Below are positions 7,657 through 13,832 of a DNA stretch of 32,000 nucleotides, piece after piece (position 1 is the first letter of the stretch; the number at the start of each line of letters is the position of its first letter). Both the position numbers and the translations under genes were made by a program. The notes below the pieces were generated by a model, which was not told where the DNA came from, searched no databases, and saw only the letters and a program-made list of their open reading frames with translations. The DNA comes from Idiomarina loihiensis L2TR (GTDB taxonomy: Bacteria > Pseudomonadota > Gammaproteobacteria > Enterobacterales > Alteromonadaceae), in NCBI RefSeq assembly GCF_000008465.1, contig NC_006512.1, positions 90,001-122,000 on the forward strand, in the 5' to 3' direction.

Positions 7657-8450
7657 GCAAAATAAACTGGAAATCACAAAGCATAGTACTGACGGGCGCA
7701 TGCGGAGGGCTAGGTATTCAACTTGCCGAGCTGCTTAGTGCTAAAGGAGCAAAACTTTTATTATTAGGACGCTCAGAGCCCGAGCTAACTGCACTTGCCG
7801 CGCATTTGCAGCAGGACTGTTTTGTGTTGGATCTCTGTGCGTCCGATGCAATAAGCCATTTGCACCAGTTTATTGAGCAGAAAAACCTGCGCATTACCGG
7901 TCTTATCAATAATGCAGCAACCACACATGAAGGACTGCTTGAAGACGCAACCTCTGAGGACATTCAGCGTGTTATCGACACCAACCTAACCGTGCCCGTG
8001 GCTCTTATTCATAGGCTACTGCCTCGACTAAGAGCAAATCATGGCTGGGTCATGAATATTGGCTCTGTATTTGGCGCCATTGGTTTTCCGGGGCAGGCAC
8101 TTTATTGCGCCAGCAAGTTTGGCCTACGAGGGTTTAGTGAGGCGCTGCAGCGAGAGTTGCAACCAGAGGACGTACGAGTGCTTTACTGCGCCCCCAGAGC
8201 AATACAGACGCAACTCAATAACGGCGTTATCAGTCGTTTAAACCAGCAGTTGAAAACCTCGGCTGATGCGCCGGAATGGGTTGCGCAACAAATCGTTCAT
8301 CAAATTGAGCAACAACAACCACTGAAAACCCTGGGCTGGCCGGAAAAGTTATTTGCCCGGCTTAACGGGCTGTTACCGGAACTGGTTAACCGCAGTATGA
8401 AAAAGCCACGAATTTTATTACACCAATTGATCAAGGAAAAATCGCTATGA
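7653..8450 (+). CDS. SDR-family oxidoreductase
   Basis: TGACGGLG Rossmann motif, NNAA, and catalytic YCASK. ATGA overlap with the upstream gene. Confidence 0.85.
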   Translation: MSKINWKSQSIVLTGACGGLGIQLAELLSAKGAKLLLLGRSEPELTALAAHLQQDCFVLDLCASDAISHLHQFIEQKNLRITGLINNAATTHEGLLEDATSEDIQRVIDTNLTVPVALIHRLLPRLRANHGWVMNIGSVFGAIGFPGQALYCASKFGLRGFSEALQRELQPEDVRVLYCAPRAIQTQLNNGVISRLNQQLKTSADAPEWVAQQIVHQIEQQQPLKTLGWPEKLFARLNGLLPELVNRSMKKPRILLHQLIKEKSL

Positions 8451-9100
8451 AACCAATAACTGTATTAGTTACCTCAATGGCGTTAGCTGTAACGCTTTAC
8501 CTGTCGCCGGTTGCTGCAGAAGAAGTCAGCCAGTTGCTGAGCGTTCAGCAACGCTGGGCTGAAGTGAATTATAAGATCGAGGGCGACGAGCAGCTAAAAG
8601 CGTTTGAAGAACTGTCGGCGCAAGCTGAAAAATGGGTTGAGCAAGAGCCCGATAACGCCGAAGCGCATATTTGGCTGGGTATTATTAAAAGTACTCAGGC
8701 AGGTGCTGAAGGTGGATTGAGTGCGCTGGGTTTGGCAAAAGACGCGAGAAAATCTCTGCAAAGAGCATTGCAGCTTGACCCTCAAGCTTTGCAGGGTTCT
8801 GCTTATGCAAGTCTCGGTACGCTATATTACAAAGTTCCCGGCTGGCCGTTTGGTTTTGGTGACGACGACAAAGCCAGTGAATTATTGCAACGCGCATTGG
8901 AAATAAACCCCAACGGTATTGACCCTAACTACTTTTACGCCGACTATCTGTATGAACAGGGCAAGTACTCAGATGCAAGAAAATACGCAGAGCACGCGCT
9001 GAGCGCTGAAGTGCGGGAACAAAGACCATTAGCTGATGCGGAGCGACGCAAAGAGGTTCAGGCGTTACTGAAAAAGATTCATCACGAGCTGAAGAGGTAA
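8447..9100 (+). CDS. Secreted TPR-repeat protein
   Basis: Signal peptide (MKPITVLVTSMALAVTLYLSPVAA/EE). TPR-like helices (AEAHIWLGII..., ALQLDP, ALEINPN, YADYLYEQGKYSDARKYAEHAL). ATGA overlap with the SDR gene. Confidence 0.75.
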   Translation: MKPITVLVTSMALAVTLYLSPVAAEEVSQLLSVQQRWAEVNYKIEGDEQLKAFEELSAQAEKWVEQEPDNAEAHIWLGIIKSTQAGAEGGLSALGLAKDARKSLQRALQLDPQALQGSAYASLGTLYYKVPGWPFGFGDDDKASELLQRALEINPNGIDPNYFYADYLYEQGKYSDARKYAEHALSAEVREQRPLADAERRKEVQALLKKIHHELKR

Positions 9101-9108
9101 TTGGCCGC

Positions 9109-9771
9109 ATGGAGTTGTTACTGGTTGAAGATGATGCGATGTTAGGACAGGCTGTGGAACTCGGCTTGTCCGAGCGTCAGTTCCTGGTTCAGCGGGTACG
9201 CACGGGAGCGGCGGCTATTAGCGAGTTAAACCGAACTCACTACGATGCTGTTGTTCTGGATTTGGGGTTGCCGGATTTAGACGGAACCCGCGTTTTGGCC
9301 AGCCTCAGAAAAAAGGGTATGACGTTGCCTGTATTGGTTCTGACAGCGCGAGATCAATCCAGTGAAATTGTAAAGCAGCTGGATAACGGCGCTGACGACT
9401 ATATGATCAAACCGTTCGATATGAACGAACTGGCTGCCCGTCTGCGCGCGCTGGTTCGTCGCCAGCGCGGCTATGCTTCCCCGGAGTTAAAAGTGGGTGA
9501 TATTGTTTTGGACGACGCTAACCATAGCGTTGTTGTTGAAGGGCTGGCTGTTAACCTCTCCCGACGCGAATTTGAGCTACTGAAAGCATTAATGTCCGCA
9601 CCGGAACGTGTGCACAGCCGTGACAAGCTCGAGCAGGTTGTGTTTCAGAATGAAGCTCAGGTAGAGAGTAACGCGCTGGAGGTTCATGTGCATAATTTAC
9701 GTAAAAAGCTGGGCCATAAAGAGTGGATTCAGACTATTCGCGGTATTGGTTACCGACTGCAATGCAATTAG
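9109..9771 (+). CDS. OmpR-family response regulator, PmrA/BasR/QseB-like
   Basis: Receiver motifs EDD, VVLDLGLPDLDG, LVLTARD and YMIKPF. Winged-helix C-terminus (LEVHVHNLRKKLG ... IRGIGYRL). Colinear with Salmonella PmrA as I remember it. Confidence 0.9.
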   Translation: MELLLVEDDAMLGQAVELGLSERQFLVQRVRTGAAAISELNRTHYDAVVLDLGLPDLDGTRVLASLRKKGMTLPVLVLTARDQSSEIVKQLDNGADDYMIKPFDMNELAARLRALVRRQRGYASPELKVGDIVLDDANHSVVVEGLAVNLSRREFELLKALMSAPERVHSRDKLEQVVFQNEAQVESNALEVHVHNLRKKLGHKEWIQTIRGIGYRLQCN

Positions 9772-11105
9772 TTAAGCGTGTAAGGCACAAGCTAAACTCT
9801 ATTCGTAGGCGTATTCTTGTCGCTGTATCTCTTTTGTACCTTGTCAGTTCAACCTTGTCAGCAGTATGGATTTACTTTGAAGTGAGCCATGAGGTTGATG
9901 AACTCTTTGATGCGGAAATGCTGCAGCAGGCAAAAACCTTATCTGCATTTATGTCCGTGAATTCCGAGCGCTTGCCTGAAGCCGGGGTGATCATTGAATC
10001 AATCGGTGCGCACAACTATGAAGATAAGCTGTCTTATAGGATAGAAAACACTGAAGAGCTGCTTCTTATGCAAACTGAAGGCGCCCCGGATGCCAGTGCT
10101 TTTGAGTTTATCCCGGGTTTTTCAGTTAAGAGAGTGAAAGACGAACTTTGGCATGCATTTGGCTTAGAGAACGCAACTGGACAGCGAATACTAATGTTGC
10201 AGGAAGACGGCTTTCGTTCTGAACTTAGAATGGATTTAACCGTCGATACAGTTATTCCGATATTACTGATTTTACCTTTTATGCTTTGGTTGGGATGGTG
10301 GACCATCAACCGGAACTTCTCCAGCTTTAATCGCTTGGCTGGTGAGTTAAGGCGTAAACGTGCTGACGACTACACCAACTTTGTTGAAGATAACGACAGA
10401 GAGGAAGTTGCATTAGTAAAACGTTCTTTAAATCACTACATAAATCGTATAGAGCAAACGTTTTTACGTGAGAAGCGTTTTTCCGCAGATGCAGCTCATG
10501 AGCTTAGAACTCCTTTGGCCAGTTTGAAGGCTCAGATTCAGAGTCGACTTGGGAGCGCTACCTCAGAGCAGCAGAATGAGCTTCAGCCTCTGCTAGACAG
10601 TACCGAACGGTTGGTTAAATTGGTTGAAAGCTTATTGCAGTTGTCTAAAGCTGAGCTGCCACCTGAACAGCTAAAGCAAGTGAATGTTGCCAGTGTTCTC
10701 AGGCAGGTACTTGCCGACCAGTACGTCGCTGCGGAATCGAAGGGGCTGAGCTACCATGCACAACTTCCTACTGTGTTTCAGCAAACAAGTGATGAAAGTT
10801 ACCTCTATCTTTTGTTTGCTAACGCACTGGATAACGCAATTAAGTATGCGGTTCCGGGCTCTCATATCGGAATCGAAGTCACCGAAAACCAGATATTTGT
10901 TTGTAACCGCGTCGCTGCAGACCATGTTATTGATATTGACCGAATTACCGAGCGGTTTTATCGCGGAAAACAGCTAGATGTTGAGGGCTCCGGACTGGGT
11001 CTGAGTATTGTGAGGAATTTGGCCGAGCAACTCGGCGTTCAGATTAACTTTCGACATATCGATGATGAGTTCTGTTTTATTGTAACTTTTGATACGGATC
11101 AATAA
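9762..11105 (+). CDS. Sensor histidine kinase (PmrB/QseC-like architecture), G1 box degenerate
   Basis: ATG 9762 overlaps the RR stop by 10 nt. Two TM segments flank a ~150-aa periplasmic region. H-box FSADAAHELRTPL, N-box LDNAIKYA, G2 GSGLGLSIV. The DxGxG position reads NRVAA. Confidence 0.85.
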   Translation: MQLVKRVRHKLNSIRRRILVAVSLLYLVSSTLSAVWIYFEVSHEVDELFDAEMLQQAKTLSAFMSVNSERLPEAGVIIESIGAHNYEDKLSYRIENTEELLLMQTEGAPDASAFEFIPGFSVKRVKDELWHAFGLENATGQRILMLQEDGFRSELRMDLTVDTVIPILLILPFMLWLGWWTINRNFSSFNRLAGELRRKRADDYTNFVEDNDREEVALVKRSLNHYINRIEQTFLREKRFSADAAHELRTPLASLKAQIQSRLGSATSEQQNELQPLLDSTERLVKLVESLLQLSKAELPPEQLKQVNVASVLRQVLADQYVAAESKGLSYHAQLPTVFQQTSDESYLYLLFANALDNAIKYAVPGSHIGIEVTENQIFVCNRVAADHVIDIDRITERFYRGKQLDVEGSGLGLSIVRNLAEQLGVQINFRHIDDEFCFIVTFDTDQ

Positions 11106-11136
11106 GCGGCTGTATTCCCGGCGTTGAGCGCATAAG

Positions 11137-11169
11137 CTTAATATTTCCTTAAGGTAGTGTGCCTATACT
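11137..11169 (+). promoter_or_regulatory. PmrA/BasR-box-like site 3 plus -10: CTTAAT-atttc-CTTAAG, then 10 nt, then TATACT (11164-11169)
   Basis: Read directly. It lies 30 nt upstream of the cytochrome b561 ATG (SD GGAG at about 11190). Confidence 0.65.
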
Positions 11170-11198
11170 CAAGTCATTAAACACCTTTTGGAGTTGTT

Positions 11199-11708
11199 AT
11201 GGATATTCGATATTCGGGTTTGTCGCGAATAAACCACTGGTTCAGCGTGATCTTTGTGGTTGTCATGCTGACTCTGGGTTATATGATGTTTTTTGCAAAT
11301 GACAGAGCCTCTGGCTCATACGCCGAAGCCGCCCATATTGGCGTTGGATTTTTTGCCTTCTGGTTTTTGCTCTGGCGCACAATCTACCGTTTAAAAATGG
11401 GTTTCCCTGCGCACAAAAAACAAGATAGGCGCCACGAATTTGCCCGAGTTGTTCACTATTTGATTCTACTCGGGCTGACACTATTGATTATTACCGGTCC
11501 CTTGTATTTGTTTACCGAAAATGAAGGACTGGCGGTGTTTGACTGGTTTACCGTTAATCTTGATCTCACTGCTCTCAGTATTGTTCACGAACCGGCGGAA
11601 GAAGTGCATAAAATTACCGGCCTTTACGTACTGCCGGTTTTGCTTGTTGTGCATATTGCGGGTGCTGTTGTTACCTACTTGTCAGATGAGGGAGCAGCCC
11701 GATCATAA
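11199..11708 (+). CDS. Cytochrome b561 family protein (CybB-like, 4 TM, di-heme)
   Basis: 169 aa. N-terminal RINHW motif. Conserved His residues in TM helices (AAHIGVG, VHY, VVHIAG). Confidence 0.7.
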   Translation: MDIRYSGLSRINHWFSVIFVVVMLTLGYMMFFANDRASGSYAEAAHIGVGFFAFWFLLWRTIYRLKMGFPAHKKQDRRHEFARVVHYLILLGLTLLIITGPLYLFTENEGLAVFDWFTVNLDLTALSIVHEPAEEVHKITGLYVLPVLLVVHIAGAVVTYLSDEGAARS

Positions 11709-12750
11709 AGCTGAATTGGAAATAAATAGCGCAGATTGCTGCTGGCGCAGCTCTTCCGGGACAATACCCAGCCAGCGTTTGCAGGCGCGTCGAAAGTTGT
11801 TGGGGTTACTGTACCCCAGCTTCTGCGCAAGCTCGACATTGCTGTAGGGGTGTTTTTGCAGCAGGTTCAGCAGTTTGTGTAGACGCACCAGGTCATATAT
11901 TTGCTGAAAGCTGTAGCCATGACTGGCCAGCAGACGTTTGCACGAGGAAAGGCTAATGCCAATTTCAGCCGCCAACTCGGTTAGCGAGGCGTCATGGCCC
12001 GTTTCGAGCTGATAATCCAGCCACTTAAAAACGCTTAGCATGACAGAAGCTCGCGCCTGTGTCTGATGCTGCATCTGACAAAAGCTAAGTGCCTGATGAT
12101 ATTGGGCTAAGTTGCGCTCAGGCGAATGTTCCTGAAGCTGTTCCGCCGGAATAGAGAGTCCACAAATAGGGCGTGAACTCACCTTTTTTACCCATTTTTT
12201 CCAGGTGGGTAAGGGCGAAATATCATCAGGCAGAGCAACATGCCACTGGTTAATAGCTAAGCCTCGAGCTCTGCCCAGCATTAAAAGTATTGCTACACCA
12301 ATTTTGCAATTGGCAGAATAGCAGAGTTGATTCATTTTCCCTGACAGCCCCTCAACCGGAATAAAGTCCAGTTGTAAGTCGTTGGGTAGGGGTAAATAAA
12401 AAGGGCTGTAGCAGGCTTTGAAAGCGCGACAAATGAATAAGCGCCTGCTTTAGTGTTTTTGCGTGAACGGTCAGGTCAATCAGTGGGTTAAGTCTGTCAC
12501 TGAACAGTGTTTCTACAACCAATTGCCATAAGTGCGGGTCGTTAATTTTTTCTTCAGCAGACGCCAGTAACAACAGCATTTCATGATCGGTGAGCCGAAA
12601 GTTGTTTATCTGCAGTTTTTGTTCAGATAATGAGGTGCCCCTGAAAAGCTCCGAAGAGGAAATGCCGCGCCTCTCGGCAAGCGGCAGCAGCGCTCGTATA
12701 AAGGGTTTACCAAGCAAACGGCGTTGGTCGTTAGTTGGCCAGAGGCGCAT
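11703..12750 (-). pseudogene. AraC-family transcriptional regulator split by a frameshift (N-terminal ligand-binding-type part 12352-12750; C-terminal HTH part 11703-12335)
   Basis: The two adjacent ORFs are in different frames. The upstream one is an AraC N-terminal-type domain. The downstream one carries the AraC HTH (LAAEIGISLSSCKRLLASHGYSFQQI ... LGYSNPNNFRRACKRWLGIVPEELR). Both frames are open across 12355-12449. SD GAGGAG lies before ATG 12750. Confidence 0.6.
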
Positions 12751-13636
12751 AGTGAGTCATCTCCTCAACTTGCGTGTGTAATGCGGTGATTGCATCAACA
12801 GCCGAGAGTTCTTCAACGCGGTGAGTATGCACTTCCACACTCATGTAATTGGGTAACTCAAGTTCGGAGTTTAGGTTCTGAGCTATAACCTTCATTAACC
12901 TGTCCGCCTGAGACAAGCGAGTTTGCGGAAGCAGTATTAAGAAATGGTCACTGTGTTCCCGACACAGACAGTCCTGAGGCCTTAGCAGTAACACCATTAA
13001 CTCGCTGGCCTGATGCAGGAGTTCGTCTCCGGCTTTTGTACCCATTTCATGATTATACTGGGCGAAGTTTTTGAAATTAACGCTAACCAATACAGTCGAC
13101 TCTGCATCAGTACTGTTTTGTAACGCTATTTCCCGTTCAACCAGCTTGATAAAATAAGGGGTGGTGTATAGCGAGGTTAAAGGGTCGACCCACTGGTGAG
13201 ACCGAAGGTTCTTTTCGCGTACCATAAGTTGTCGCGACAGCATTTTGTTTTCACGCCGCCATTCAGCTGCGGCAAAACTAATGATAATAAGCCCCACCGG
13301 AAGCGGAAAGGACTCCAGCCAGCTTAATAACCGCAGGGCATCGGGATAGCGAAAAAATTCATCTAGTACGTCCAGCGTCATGGAAAAAATAAGTAATAGA
13401 CCACCGCTGTAAAAGAGGTTGGTTACATTACCCCGAGGCCGGTCAGTAACCATAAATATGACAATTAAAATGGTCAGGAACAGGGTCGAGCCCTCACCAA
13501 GAATGTCCAGCGGATCAACGATTTCATAGGGTTTAACGACACCCAGTTGACTGCTAAGCAGCAAACAAAGCAGAACCACTACGGCAATGAGCAGAACTCG
13601 CCAGTTGCTGATATAGCGTAAATTAATCAATTGCAT
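12731..13636 (-). CDS. Membrane protein with degenerate GGDEF domain (HSDHF in place of GGDEF; RxxD I-site retained)
   Basis: About 4-5 N-terminal TM helices. The GGDEF-domain scaffold is present (DPLTSLYTTPYF ... GDELL ... RPQDCLCREHSDHF). SD GGAGAC favours ATG 13636 over 13660. The stop overlaps the AraC start by 20 nt. Confidence 0.8.
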   Translation of the reverse strand: MQLINLRYISNWRVLLIAVVVLLCLLLSSQLGVVKPYEIVDPLDILGEGSTLFLTILIVIFMVTDRPRGNVTNLFYSGGLLLIFSMTLDVLDEFFRYPDALRLLSWLESFPLPVGLIIISFAAAEWRRENKMLSRQLMVREKNLRSHQWVDPLTSLYTTPYFIKLVEREIALQNSTDAESTVLVSVNFKNFAQYNHEMGTKAGDELLHQASELMVLLLRPQDCLCREHSDHFLILLPQTRLSQADRLMKVIAQNLNSELELPNYMSVEVHTHRVEELSAVDAITALHTQVEEMTHYAPLAN

Positions 13637-13672
13637 TGAAGTCTCCGCATATCTCGGCATTAGAACAAAGAC

Positions 13673-13706
13673 ACTTTAACCTCCGGTTGTGACAGTTTGG
13701 TGACGC
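13673..13706 (-). promoter_or_regulatory. Pho-box-like site (GCGTCAC-CAAA-CTGTCAC on the minus strand, 13706 to 13689), then 10 nt, then TAAAGT (13678 to 13673)
   Basis: Read directly in the divergent region between the GGDEF gene and the TonB-receptor/phytase operon. The second half-site is a perfect CTGTCAC. The first matches 5 of 7. Confidence 0.45.
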
Positions 13707-13832
13707 CGGTTTCGCTTTCTGAGCTTAACTGACCCGCATCAAAAGAGCTCATAAGCGGGCGATATGCATCCTCATATTGTCACTTTTTGCTTTTAAGGTA
13801 TGTCGCATCAATCAAAAAACGACAGGGTTTGA

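Noticed and set aside
9891-10058. ExxE motifs (EVDE, ENTE) in the kinase periplasmic domain as PmrB-like Fe3+ sensing sites
   Set aside because: ExxE occurs easily by chance in an acidic 150-aa domain. The domain is also much longer than the PmrB loop.
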